Shown: piece after piece, positions 12,815 to 24,257 of the stretch | Layout of the letters: the number at the start of each line of letters is the position of its first letter | Position numbering within the stretch: the first letter of the stretch is position 1 | Source: Ascidiella aspersa | Lineage: Eukaryota | DNA: 64,000 nt | Direction: 5' to 3' | Assembly: GCA_963924565.1 (NCBI GenBank) | Contig: OZ004607.1 | Coordinates: 35,030,001-35,094,000, forward strand | Translations under genes and position numbers: made by a program | The notes under the pieces: model-generated | Told to the model about the DNA's origin: nothing | Databases searched by the model: none | What the model saw: the letters and a program-made list of their open reading frames with translations, nothing else

Positions 12815-13273
12815 CTACCGGGTCTCGACCGTTTCCGCGCGATCGGCTTCGGAAGCGTTTGCGCCCGTTCGCGTCTTTTCGGCGACTTTCGCGCGCAAGC
12901 AGTGAGGCCTGGCGCCTAGTCCCGAGTCCCACTCCCATTTCTCAAGCACCCAGGGCAGGAATTTCGCGATGTCCTTCTTGCGGCGCCCGTAGTCGCCCCA
13001 AAGGTGCATCCAGATGGGTTCCGGGTCGTCCTTGGGCCACCGGGCCTTGACCACGTTCTTATCGCCCCTGCCCAGCTTCTGACGTAGTATGCCCGTCACC
13101 CATACGTCATCCATGGGCAGCAGGCGAGTGACGCGTGACATTGCGTAGAGGCTGCGCGTCATGGCCACCGGCATTATGTAGAAGCCACCACCGCAGTAGG
13201 AAGGGTAGTGGTCGACTGGGTACTCGTCGGGCGAGATATACCACTTGCTCTCGTTGTCGCGGTTGGGCTCAAC
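12815..13273 (-). CDS. GT31 beta-1,3-glycosyltransferase (B3GALT/B3GNT/brainiac-like), last exon
   Basis: gtctcag|GTT...TAG. VEPNRDNESKWYISPDEYPVDHYPSYCGGGFYIM...PMDDVWVTGIL contains the GT31 motifs P.R...SKWY, YP.YC.G.GY and (E/D)DV..G. Confidence 0.95.
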   Translation of the reverse strand, partial: VEPNRDNESKWYISPDEYPVDHYPSYCGGGFYIMPVAMTRSLYAMSRVTRLLPMDDVWVTGILRQKLGRGDKNVVKARWPKDDPEPIWMHLWGDYGRRKKDIAKFLPWVLEKWEWDSGLGARPHCLRAKVAEKTRTGANASEADRAETVETR

Positions 13274-13337
13274 CTGAGACGGTAAAAAGGGGATTTTAAG
13301 ACTTGAACAAGCAGTAAAATAAGGGTTTCGGTTAAGG

Positions 13338-13654
13338 CAGTGACTCTCAACCTTTTATGGCTTACGGCACCCCTCAAAAATAATCAATCGATTTGCTGCA
13401 CCCCGACTGAAATTTCCGTTGATTTTTACTGAAATGTTGCTATAAATAAAACTGGAACAACACAATCAACTTAAAATATGTAGGAAAATGTCATTTGATA
13501 TAATGGTCTCTAATCGTACACGAGTAGTTGTATCAAAAAGCTTACCTATTGAGCAAAAATCAAGATTATTAAAAATTCTCAAATACCTATCGTCAGCCTT
13601 GAGCATTAGAAGTGGCACATTAGGGCGCCGCGGCACCCCGGTTGAGAACCACTA
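13338..13654. mobile_element. hAT (Buster/Charlie-like) MITE
   Basis: TIR cagtgactctcaac / gttgagaaccacta, perfect 8-bp TSD ggttaagg. Confidence 0.88.
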
Positions 13655-13944
13655 GGTTAAGGGTATATATATTAACGCGGGGTAAAAATGGATTGTTTGG
13701 AAATGAACACAATAAATGCGGCTTCAGCTATTGGAAAACGTAAATAAAAGCCTTTGGATAATCGAACAAAATTTTTAAAACAAAAGACTCCATTTCTTAG
13801 TTTCATATTTTTTGCACCGAAAACAACAGGTTTATTAAGTTTATTTATTTAATAAGGTCCATTCGTGACGTGACCTCTAACGCGAACCAGACCTTTTTTA
13901 GAGGTCAGCGGCAAAAAATAAAAAGCACTGATCTAGATCCAACA

Positions 13945-14249
13945 CAGTGGTTCCTAACCAGGGGGGAATTCCCCACTAGCGTGGTATTTGTGTCAGTATT
14001 AATCTATTACTTGTTCTCTACTATTGCTACTATTGCCGCATTTACCATATATGAGCTGAGAAAAAGAAAGTTCTCGTATTTAAGGCAGCAATGCTAATAG
14101 TGAATGTACGAAAAAATTTCTCAGTTCTAAGAATTACATTAAAATATTAATGTAAAATATATTTTAGCAAACTTTATTCGTAGGGGGGAAATTAGATTTG
14201 AATATCGACTAAAAGGGAGCATAAGGCCATAAAAGGTTGGGAATAACGG
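13945..14249. mobile_element. Degenerate hAT-type MITE
   Basis: cagtggttcctaacc ... ggttgggaataacgg. No TSD. Confidence 0.5.
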
Positions 14250-14376
14250 AATTCCTACACATAGTAATGTTATTAAATCGTCTGTTTAAAATTGCGAAAT
14301 AAACACGCAATAATTTGTCTACAAAGAAGGTGCTATCAAACTTGAAACATTCCAAGATACGAAAGCCCAAATTCAC

Positions 14377-14614
14377 CTGGCGATCCACATAGTAAATGCA
14401 GTAGATGGGCAGGCTCCTTCTCAGCTGCGCCATGTCGGGGATTCTGCTGAGCTTTCGCTCGTAGTAGATCTGCGTCTTAATCTCGTACTCGAGGAAGTCC
14501 ATGACCGACGAAAACTTAACTACGAAGTCGTCGTCGGCCGACGCGTAAAGGTAATCGTCGGGGAGGTGTGTGGAAGACCACTGCATAGCCGTCGATACCT
14601 TTATCGGCATGTTC
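14377..14614 (-). CDS. GT31 glycosyltransferase, exon carrying the DxD motif
   Basis: tcacag|G AAC ATG...CAG|gtgaat. (R)NMPIKVSTAMQW...YASADDDFVV completes the D.Y.NL.LK motif and carries the DDD metal-binding motif. Confidence 0.95.
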
Positions 14615-16756
14615 CTGTGAAGGGAAAAGGACCTGGTTAAAATGATTGGGGATTGTGGGGTCTTGTAATTTACGATTGCATTTTGACTGTACGCTCAAGT
14701 GATGATATTCATCATAGGTGTGGGCAACATTTTTTTTAAAAACCAAACTCAAAGGTTTTCAGCGGGCCGTTAAATTTTAACTGTGTAGATTTTTTACGCA
14801 TCTTACAACAATCGCAACGACTATTAATCAGGGATGAAACTAGGGTGTTTCGCAATTTACACTCGATGGAGAAACAAGATTTGGGCAAAGCGCAAACAAA
14901 AATGCTTTTACGTCCAAAACAAATATAAGGAATGGCCTAGTGCCCGATGAATATATATAGAAGTGTTTCTCGTCTTTTTCCGAGGCTACTCAAATACTAT
15001 GTTCCTGTTCAGGAAAAATGACGTTGTTAAAATTTGCTAAGTCTTGAAATTTATGATTGTATGTTGCTAAGGCGTGGACGTTACAATGTATGTATAGCAA
15101 TGTTTATCGTTTGCGTGGTGACTCAAATATTAAGCGTAAGTACGAATGCGAAGATTTAATTCACTTTACACGAAATCGAAAACTAGAATAAGAGCACGTA
15201 AGCAATTCACAAATTAAATCGTGATAAGAAATATCCGCATTAAATTAGAAAACTATAGAATGATCTATAGTTGTCCAACTCAGGCTGCGGCGCGCAAACG
15301 AAGTGTAAGTGTGTGTGTATACTTTGTACGCGCGGTAAAACTGCGCTAAGGCGGTGATTTAGGCTTATTTTGCCAATCGGCGCGCCCTCTTGATGCACGT
15401 GTCGCCGTGATGGCAGTGTTTAGCGGCTGTCAGTTGTACTTTTAGCCATACTAAAGTCAGTTGATTTGTTTGAACTTGTATACGATATGAAAAAAAGGTA
15501 TCACAGACTAACCGAGGCTGTCGATCAGTGATGCAAACAATGCAGGCCAAAAAAAGTTCCCTTTAATGTAAAGTTGCTTGTACTGAGCCGTTATCGTTGG
15601 TCAAAAATCGACTTCAGAAGGGCTAGATCACAACGTTGAGCACTTATGTACGTGTGTATCTTTCATTGGGTTGGAAGACGGTGGAATTACGATTTCACAG
15701 GTAAAATACAAACTGGTTAACTTTATATGCGCTGAAGAAGTTGTTGTTTCGCTGCAAGGCTGAATCTATCAGCAATATAGGTTAAAAATAAATTTTGAAC
15801 TGAAAGTTGGCTGCCAGCGTATTATAACAGTTATGCCTAATATTTGTTGAATATTTGGTTTAACATTTTCACTAGAATAAAGTGTCCTGAAGTTTATTTC
15901 TGCTTTATTCCTGCAGAATGTTAACACTGTCTGCCAACTAAATTCAAGGATTCACTCCACATATTGGATCCAATCTTGCTCACATGGTGGTACGAAAGGG
16001 TTTCTTTGAAATTCAAAAGGATTAACAGTTCACTTTTAGACCCGCATTTCGGTAAGTGTTTCACTTTATTTGGCTTAAAATTAATTACGATATGGCCACT
16101 TTGGTGTTAGAAAGACAAGAAAGCGGGTTAGATTTCGATTTAGCTTATAAACGACCGTGGTAATTTGCAGACCACGGCAAAAGGCACAAAAAAACCTTTT
16201 TTGAGATGTCGTCACTTGATTTCTCTTAATTCTACATTCCAAGAATATTTGATAAATTCCAAAGGTATGTTACATGAAATTAAAAGCAGCTAAGCTATTC
16301 GTTTAGTCCGATCATAGTGTTCAAAATGCTGTCATGCAATTTATATGTCCCTAATAAATCGAAAGATTACAAGTCAAGCCGCTTTAAAAAGGAGCTTTTT
16401 AGAAATTGTAGACCGATGTATTGGTTTGATTGTAGGGTGGTATCGGTTCCGCAAAAAGCTAAAGAAACTTTTATGTAAAAATAAAAAGGCAAACATTAGG
16501 TTTTTTAGTTTCAAATTGACCAGTTTTGCTCATTTGATGATAGTAATGAAGTTACAAGGTATCAGGTCGGCAGTACGTTCTGCACTATATATCGGTACCA
16601 GAGTCCGTCAGCCATGATTTTCCATCAAGCGCATTTATTATATTTTGAAAAGGTAAAATTACAAATATGTAGCCTAAGAACTGGAGGTAACTCCTAACGC
16701 TAAAGATAATTTTGGCCTTATAACCTAAAAAAATCGTTTAAAGTTTCGATGTGATA

Positions 16757-16885
16757 TCTATTTTGCTTGTATGAGCATAGCGATGACGTCATTTGTTTAT
16801 TCGTCTATTTTGCTTGCTTAGGCATAGTAATGACGTCATTCGTCTATTCGTCTAATTTGCTGGCTTAAGCATGGTAATGACGTCG
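16757..16885. repeat. Tandem repeat, ~47 bp x 3, each unit with TGACGTC(A)
   Basis: tcta(t/a)tttgct....a.gcat.g..atgacgtc repeated three times. Confidence 0.85.
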
Positions 16886-17277
16886 TTTTTAAAAAAGGAG
16901 GAAACCTTGTTTTACGTTTGTCGGCTATACGCAAAAACATGTGTCAAATAGGAGTAATTTATGGGCTACGGTTGAATGGACTAGTTCCTCGAACTATACG
17001 GTGTCTGTTTTTTAGAATGAGAGATCCACACACACATTTGTTACCAACTATGATCTAAGTAGACCTTCTGAAGCTGTTTTTTGGCCAACGATCACGGCTT
17101 ACGTATCAAAGTTTCTTCATTGAATAATATGATAATGTAGATCCCCTTCAAAGTAAACTTGCTTGTACTAACAGAATATAGCAAGCATTTTGGTCATGGT
17201 TGTTTCTCGACTCGCTCCCCACTGAGCCTGTATAGCTGATAAAATCCGACGTACATTCTACGTTTAACAATGCCAAC

Positions 17278-17503
17278 CTGTAACCGTCCGGTCCGTCGTA
17301 CTGAAGTATGTCGCCGTATATTCGGTTCTCTTCCTCCAAGTGCTTCTGGACATCCGGGTCGTCCACGCGTCCCACGATGAATACCTCAGCGACCCGGATT
17401 TGGTTGAGGTACTGGAGCCGGCCCCAGGTGGCTCGAACGGCCTGGCGCCGCTTATAATTGGTGCCGCGCGATTTCAGGATGATCACCAGCGACCATTTTG
17501 GAT
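17278..17503 (-). CDS. GT31 glycosyltransferase, start of catalytic domain
   Basis: tttacag|AT...TAC AG|gttggc. WSLVIILKSRGTNYKRRQAVRATWG...FIVG...LEEENRIYGDILQYD contains the R.AIR.TWG and E...YGDI motifs. An alternative in-frame acceptor lies at 17551. Confidence 0.93.
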
Positions 17504-17568
17504 CTGTAAATAGTGTGAAGGGAGTACTGTTTGAGTACACAATGCACGGATCTGTAATGTAGCTTGAT

Positions 17569-17760
17569 AATGAATTGCAAATCAAAAAGGTCGAGTAGAA
17601 CGACATCATCTTGATTAAGAAGTTTCAATGCGAGCTTATGTCACCTTCGCTTGAATTACTTCTCAGTCGCACTAACTGAAGATGCTACAAGCTCTTATCA
17701 AAACGTCTTAATAATCAAGATGATGTCGATCTACTTGACCTTTTTGGCTTTGAATTCATT
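17569..17760. mobile_element. Foldback MITE with ~65-70 bp imperfect TIRs
   Basis: aatgaattgcaaatcaaaaaggtcgagtagaacgacatcatcttgatt... versus ...aatcaagatgatgtcgatctacttgacctttttggctttgaattcatt. Solo arms at about 23108-23178 and 62092-62160. Confidence 0.8.
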
Positions 17761-18262
17761 CAAACCTGTGAATTTGGACAAAAAATGGCGCTTGGATTTG
17801 AATTGATTTTCATGGGTTGAGAAAACTTCGAAATGAAGGTTCATTGAACCGAATCTGCACATTTGTGTGATTTGAGCCGGGACAAAAAATGGCGTTCATA
17901 TTTCCTATTTTTTATGGTGTGCTTGTTTTTAAATCGCCTACCCAGCTTGTACAATTCCGCTTGTTGGCAAAGAGAAAACAATAGAATTGTATTTGTTAAG
18001 TTTAACAGTTTTTAATGACTTGGAGTTTGTGATTTATTGAGATTCTAGATTTTGTTGGTGTCGCACACAACTCGGCAAACTTTCAAGGACTACTTTAAAA
18101 ATCATGTGGTTGGTAGCCGTATTTGACGGAACCAAAAAGCAATAAATCGTCAGTATTTTAACAGTTTCCGCCTTATGAACTGTTTAAAAATAACAAAATG
18201 ACCCCAAAACAACTCTGTGCTAACGACAAGTTGTTCAAAGGCCGGAATTTCAGCCAACTCAC

Positions 18263-18441
18263 AGTAAAGCTCGTCCTGTCGCATATGAACGCAGTCGGAT
18301 CCGTTGACAGGTTTTGAGAGGTCCTGCAGCACCCTCCAAGGGTTAAGGGTAAATTTCATCGGGGGCCGCGGAACGCTCATGTTGCTGGCGTAAATAGGGG
18401 GTAGGTCCGTGGTTGGGGCCGCTTTTAACACCCTCTCATAC
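18263..18441 (-). CDS. GT31 glycosyltransferase, luminal stem exon
   Basis: tcttcag|G...TAC T|gtgagt. Phases fit both neighbours. Pro-rich stem YERVLKAAPTTDLPPIYASNMSVPRPPMKFTLNPW...DELY with N-glycosylation sequons NMS and NGS. Confidence 0.88.
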
Positions 18442-18698
18442 CTGAAGACAAAACGCGTTTTTTGTTTGTAAAATTGAAAGGGTAGTACGCAGTATTTTTT
18501 TAAGGTTTGGTTTGGGTGACCGCTAAGTAGTTTTAAGAGACCGCAAGTGTTTCATTTAAATACCAAAAAGTTGCAAGTCCAAAATTTGGGAAACCGCTTA
18601 CACCTTAAAAAAACACTGGCAGTAGGTACACCGAAAGCCATCGCAGACTCAGAATTTGTCGATCAAAATTGCAATCAGGGCAGGCTAGAAAAACAACT

Positions 18699-18773
18699 AG
18701 CCTACAGTAGGGTTTAAACTCGCGACCTCCGGTCAAGCCGGGACCGTCGCTCTACCAACTGAGCTATGCAGGC
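18699..18773 (-). pseudogene. tRNA-like element (tRNA pseudogene or tRNA-derived SINE head) in a GT31 intron
   Basis: GCCTGCA TA GCTC AGTTGGTA GAGC GA CGGTC CCGGCTT GACCG GAGGTC GCGAG TTTAAAC CCTAC TGTAGGC. It has a 7-bp acceptor stem, D arm/A box, 5-bp anticodon stem, a degenerate T arm/B box and a T5 run about 6 nt downstream. Confidence 0.7.
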
Positions 18774-19263
18774 TTGAAGAGAAGCGAGTCGAGAATCAAA
18801 AATAGGGTAATACGTTGTAAGAATTTTTCAGTCCATACAGAAGTATAGCTAGCATTTTGAACTTGGAAACATCTCTCTCTTTTTTTTAACATCTTCTTTA
18901 TTCTCTTTTTTTCGTTTTTTTTGCGGTTTTATGTAACGTTTTTTTGCTTTACTGCTTGCCATTGCTTTAAATTTTAATATTTGAAACTGTAAACTTGAAA
19001 CAACACCGAAGTAATTATTTTGCTGACCTAAACAACGGTGCAATCGATCTGAATCTAAATGCTAGAGTTTTTACATATATGCCTGTTTTAAACACACGGG
19101 TTATGCGCATCTTTTTGCAAAGAACCTTTACGCCATTTTTATATAAACCGGCAAAAAATAGTTCGGATGTTGCTACGTTTTATTAGACGCTCGGAGTTTA
19201 AAAAATAGTTTGCAACGGTCAGTGCATTGTCCAGCACCCAAGCAAATGCATTTCTCTCTAACC

Positions 19264-19594
19264 CAGTGGTTCTCAACCTTTTTTTCTTTCGTGTCCCATT
19301 TACGTTGCAAAAAAAATCTGTGGCCTAATAGTTTTATGAAAGAAACAAACTGTAAACTAGGTTTAAAACAAAAAACAGCAGAACATATTTCAAAACAGTA
19401 TATTTATTCAACCGTGCATTAGTGAGATACTTGCGGTTGAACACTCCCCCAAGCCATCATTCCTGTAAAATTAAATATAGTGACACAAATGAAACTGGTC
19501 TGTGGCCCACCTTAAAAAAATTGGTCTGCGGCCACCTTAAAATGATTTTATGGCCCACCAGTGAGCCATAGGGCCCACTAGTTGAGAACCGCTG
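19264..19594. mobile_element. hAT (Buster/Charlie-like) MITE
   Basis: TIR cagtggttctcaac / gttgagaaccgctg, perfect TSD ctctaacc. Confidence 0.9.
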
Positions 19595-20150
19595 CTCTAA
19601 CCGCCACCAGCCAAAAATACAAAAAACGTCGGATTAACAAATTCCAAGTTTTCTTTTTGACGTAATCCCGTCCGGATCATGTTCATCTAAGCGTCGATGA
19701 GGCCTTTGTTGGCCCTGAGCCGCGCAAATACCCCCATTGTCCTGCCACCAGCCCCCGGCAACAGTCAAAAGCTTGAAGACATCTTTCAGCAATTGTTAAT
19801 CGGTTGATAAACCGCGTTGGTCCCACTCCGGAATACTGGCTGGCGGCAAAAACGCACAAAATACCGTTTTTTTTTTAAATAAACGCGACGAGTGAAAGAT
19901 AAATTGACCACTCTTGTGGTTTTTGACGGGCGCACCTGTTAAAATATCGCAAATTAGCGGGCGCTTTACCGCACTTTATGCGATCTTGCACTTCAGGGCT
20001 GGCATCTTAATGACAGAATGTTTTAAATTGATAAGGTTTTTTGAAGGGGCAGTTTACACGCTTACCAGTAAATATTTAACTAGTTATTCATAATTACAGA
20101 GTGTTGGATTGGCGTATGGTCAACTTTTTGTTTGATTTGTCTTGCTAAGG

Positions 20151-20619
20151 CAGGGGTCGGGAACCTATGTTTCTTTTAGTGACGCCATGTGCCTCTTTTG
20201 CTTGTAACTTGCTTGTAAATAAATCTAAGCTTTCATTTCTCAGCATGATCTCAACAGGCGGCCATGGCCGCTTTCCCAACTTATTTCCTTTTTCGTTACA
20301 CATAGTAGCAGATTTTCGGCGATCGCGCAAATCTTATTATTTTTTCGAGACTGTTATCCCGTTTGAAGGAATCTCTTAATATCCGCAAGGTTCTATTCTT
20401 TTAACGGAACTCCGAAATCAAAGTTGTGCAAACTTAGCTAATTCACTTTTGGTGCATAAAATGTTCTGTCTTTTAAATGACAACAAGCCCTGCTCAAATA
20501 ACCATTTTTTGCCCACCCATAACTAGATGTTAAAAAAGTATTATTTGGCTCTCATGGAAATACAACCAAAAATATTTGGCTTTTATGGCTTCCTTAGTTA
20601 AAAATGTTCCCGACCCCTG
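20151..20619. mobile_element. hAT (Buster/Charlie-like) MITE
   Basis: TIR caggggtcgggaac / gttcccgacccctg, perfect TSD tgctaagg. Confidence 0.9.
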
Positions 20620-21454
20620 TGCTAAGGTAAATGCAAGATGCCAAGAGAAGGTCGGCCTCACTAAAATCTAATTTATTTAAATGATATTTAAATGATTTAA
20701 TATCAAATTTGCCTATTATTAAAATACATCTCAAAATCGCAAGCAATTCAAGTTTTCATAGGCTTCTTTTTTCTATCAAAAAGGTGCAAATGCGATTTTA
20801 CATTTGTTGGTCTATGCACAAATCAACTGTCAAATAAAAGAAACCAATCTACGGCCCCGGTTGAATGGGTTAGTTCCTCGAACTATACGGTGTGGCTTTG
20901 CAGCCGTGGTTTTTGGTTACAGGTGAATGGTTTAAAAATTCGTAAAGTAATTCTGCGAATCCGAATTGCCGGTTGAGCAAGTTGCTTGAATGTTCATGAG
21001 TAGGATATCTCCTTGCATTACAGGTCTGCATTTTCAGACATTATTGTATTTAATTTTTCTAAGAAATGTGACTTGCGTCCTTATATTCTTTTGTTTTTAG
21101 CAAAGTATTGCAAATAAAGACAATTTACATTTTTTTTTTAATTTCTATGGATTATTCACTGTAAAGGTCATAGGTTTTACAGTCGTTCTTGTTTCGGGGG
21201 TGCAAGATCAGAGATGACACTGTATAGTGCAAAGTATTGACTACAGTAAGTTATTAAATGTTTCTTTGCATACTTACTAGTTGCGATATTTCACAAACAA
21301 TACCAAATCATATAAAAAAAATCCCTATAGTTGACCGATGTGCGTTTCGAATATCTCAACATCCGATGTTGAAAGAAAATGTAGAGATATTTGAAACGTT
21401 CAAAATGCTACCTACTTCAAGTATGGGCTTTGAAATTCTTACAAAGTCTTACAA

Positions 21455-22216
21455 TAGGGGTCGGCAATCCCTGGCACGCGAGGTGGTTTTTCAGGGCACG
21501 CCAAATGATTTAACGCGCACGTTATATTATGTTAAGAAAATGCAACCATTACATCACTACCACGTCATTAAAATTATTATTACATCACTGACATTAGCGT
21601 TAACTAAATGGTTGCACCCATTTCCAGTTCGTGTCGAAAATTAGTTTAACTGTTGTATTCAACATTATTTTTTGTGGCCGGTTAAACTTGTTGTTTACGA
21701 CTCACTGTTTGTATTACGTCATAATGCCCCAAAAGTGGCGTGATGTTTGCTGCGTTAAACCGGGGCATTCTTCATTTAAAGTAAGCATGTGTGTTTTTGT
21801 GCGACTGAGAAACCAAGCTAAAAGCGAAACTGATAGTGAAACTTCTAGGTATCGGCTGAAAAGCGTATATTCCTAAAAAGCGGGCACAGTATTGTGTTCG
21901 TGAAGTTCGTTTTTTCAGTAGGGTTAATATCTTTACAGAATTAAACTTATGGAATTAGGTTTAATTACGTCTCCCAAGATAGTAAATTAAATTTCAGATC
22001 ATTCGTAAATTGGATGTCAGATCAAAGCAAGGCTGCGGAGTCGGACTCTGGACTCGATGAAATTGCACATTTCGAGTCCAACTCCGGTAGGTTTAACCGA
22101 CAATCGAGTTTGCCAGTGCAAAATCAAACATAGAAAAATGTTTGGCACGCGAGTTGTTGACATTTTGACATTATTCATAGACTGGCACACTGCATACGAA
22201 AGGTTGCCGATCCCTG
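21455..22216. mobile_element. hAT MITE inserted into a copy of the 65-bp repeat
   Basis: TIR taggggtcggcaa / ttgccgatccctg, TSD tcttacaa/tattacaa. Contains a fragment of the CAGGGCTGCGGAGTCGG family at about 22030-22087. Confidence 0.8.
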
Positions 22217-23265
22217 TATTACAAAACCTTCAACCATTGAAGCCCAATAAATGTCAGTTTATTCATCAGTCTCATTCATCTGCAAAGAACGGCTGAACAA
22301 GAGCAACAACAGAAAATAACTTATCAGATTTTTTAATAAATATAATAAAAAAAAGTTCTACAAGTGTGACATTAGGATTTCACAATTTGCCTCTAACGTT
22401 AGTTATTCTCCTTTTCAAATCAGTTTTGCAATTGGAGTGTCAGTTATTTTCATTACTGAATGTTGAGAGCTCATAATATTCAATTCGATGGCGATATGTT
22501 TATACTTAGGCCGATTCTATACAGCTTTTCAAGATTTGGAAATCATAAAACGAGCAAAAATTGCGGAAATTACTCGCTATTCACCCGGGTACTTACTCAT
22601 CTATCCTCGAGTCCACCTCATCGCCGTAGTCGAGTGAAATGTCGATGACTGGTTCACGGTTGCTGTGGAAATTGCGTGTGCGGAAATACGAACTGAGAGA
22701 CAAAAAATATTTTTAGAAATATACTCCGAGACCACCCAAAAATATAAAATAAAAATAGATAAACAAACTAAGCAACGAAAAATGTATATTTTAGAAATAT
22801 ATACTAAGAAACAAAAAACAAAGGAAATATAAACTTAAAAACATCAAAAAATGTTTGCGATTTTATTAGACAAAAGTGCAAAACATTATCTAAACTGATC
22901 GTGAAAATACTGTTCAGATAAGTCCACTGTTCGCAAATTCAACAGTTTTAAAACTAATAATTTTGTAAATTTGGCAGAATTTTGATTGTAATTGAACTTG
23001 AAAAAGTGAAGAAAAAAAGAGTGATTGCGGAAACATTAAAGGTAATTCTAGTTAAGATTAATTAAACTTTTCACAAATTCAAGAGTCCTAAAACCAATAA
23101 TCTAGCAAGCCAAAAAGATCGAGTAGGTCGACATGATCTTGATTGAGACGTTACGATACTAGCTTGTATCATCAGTTAATAATATAACTTGGGAAAACCA
23201 GCCGCAATCTTGATTGTATTTCAACTTAAAAATATGACGAAAAAATCCAGTTTTTCGAGTCGTAC

Positions 23266-23412
23266 CTGGCCTCAAACTTGACTTTCTGAATGATGGGCGT
23301 GAGAACAAAAAGGGTGTTAATGGTGAAGATGTAGACGAGCATTACAAACGACAGCCCGTACACCACTCGCCTCTTCTTCAGCTTGAATACGCGGTGGTGA
23401 CCTCGCATGCAG
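23266..23412 (-). CDS. GT31 glycosyltransferase, signal-anchor (TM) exon
   Basis: ttacag|C TGC ATG...GCC AG|gtacga. MRGHHRVFKLKKRR followed by hydrophobic VVYGLSFVMLVYIFTINTLFVLTPII is a type II Golgi anchor. ATG at 23408. Confidence 0.88.
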
Positions 23413-23849
23413 CTGTAATTATAAAGCAACAAGTTGTAACTTAATAGGTTGGAAAAGAGCCCTTAGGATTTTAACAAAAAAGTATTTTTTAAATGTAGTT
23501 TTATAAAAACAAATTAACTTTCGTTTAAAAAATTCTCTTGCTGTGGCCTTACGAGTTACTTAGCATGTTCACAACATCCACAAATGCATTTTTTGCAAAA
23601 TCTAACTCCTAGTACTTGCAATATATTGACAAATGGGCTAAACTATCATGGTTTTTATGTTCAAGCGCGCTCACCCTAAATGGTTTAGTGTTTTGAGAAA
23701 TTCGGTAGACGGAGTAATGCGAAATGTGTGAACTGAAGGACGTACAAGTGTGCAAACTTAGGCGGAATAAAATGCATCACTAAAATCGTAGACTGCTGCA
23801 AAGCAATGATTTTCACGAGATATTTTCATTTAATAAACTCACTACACAG

Positions 23850-24257
23850 CAGGGCTGCGGAGTCGGTTAAAAACAACCCGAGTCCGACTCCGGCCAAAAA
23901 AATACACCCGAGTCCGACTCCGGCCAAATGTAAGATTTTGTCAAGTCCCGAGTCCAGCTCCGACTATACAGCCTGTATTTTACCCATTTACGCAACTAAA
24001 TTAAGGTGGATTTTCTGTAATCCACTCATATTGGTGTCATAATTGATCCTCCCGCATTACATGTTTTAAAAATATTTCACCATTTGCTATTACACTTTTA
24101 CAACTTACATTTTGCCGCCTTAACAGTTTAAAAATTTGATACTGCACATGCGCACGTCTGACTCTGGCAGTTTTATGCCGTCTTACCCGAGTCCCGAGTC
24201 CGACTCCGGCAAAACAAACCGACTCCGTCGAGTCCCGAGTCCGACTCCGCAGCCCTT
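23850..24257. mobile_element. hAT (Ac-like TSD) MITE with subterminal CCGAGTCCGACTCCG repeats
   Basis: TIR cagggctgcggagtcgg / ccgactccgcagccct, perfect TSD ctacacag. Related copy at about 57667..57965. Confidence 0.9.

Noticed and set aside
15411-15430. miR-34-like sequence TGGCAGTGTTTAGCGGCTGT
   Set aside because: It has indels relative to miR-34, the downstream arm lacks a complement to the seed (no CACTGCC), and no good pre-miRNA hairpin forms.
21258-21644. 128-aa ORF
   Set aside because: It runs through the 65-bp repeat and a MITE terminus, and has no transposase motifs.
23850-24257. Repeated CCGAGTCCGACTCCGGC units as a CRISPR-like array
   Set aside because: Spacing is irregular, the units are bounded by TIRs and an 8-bp TSD, and the context is eukaryotic with no cas genes. 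They are transposon subterminal repeats.
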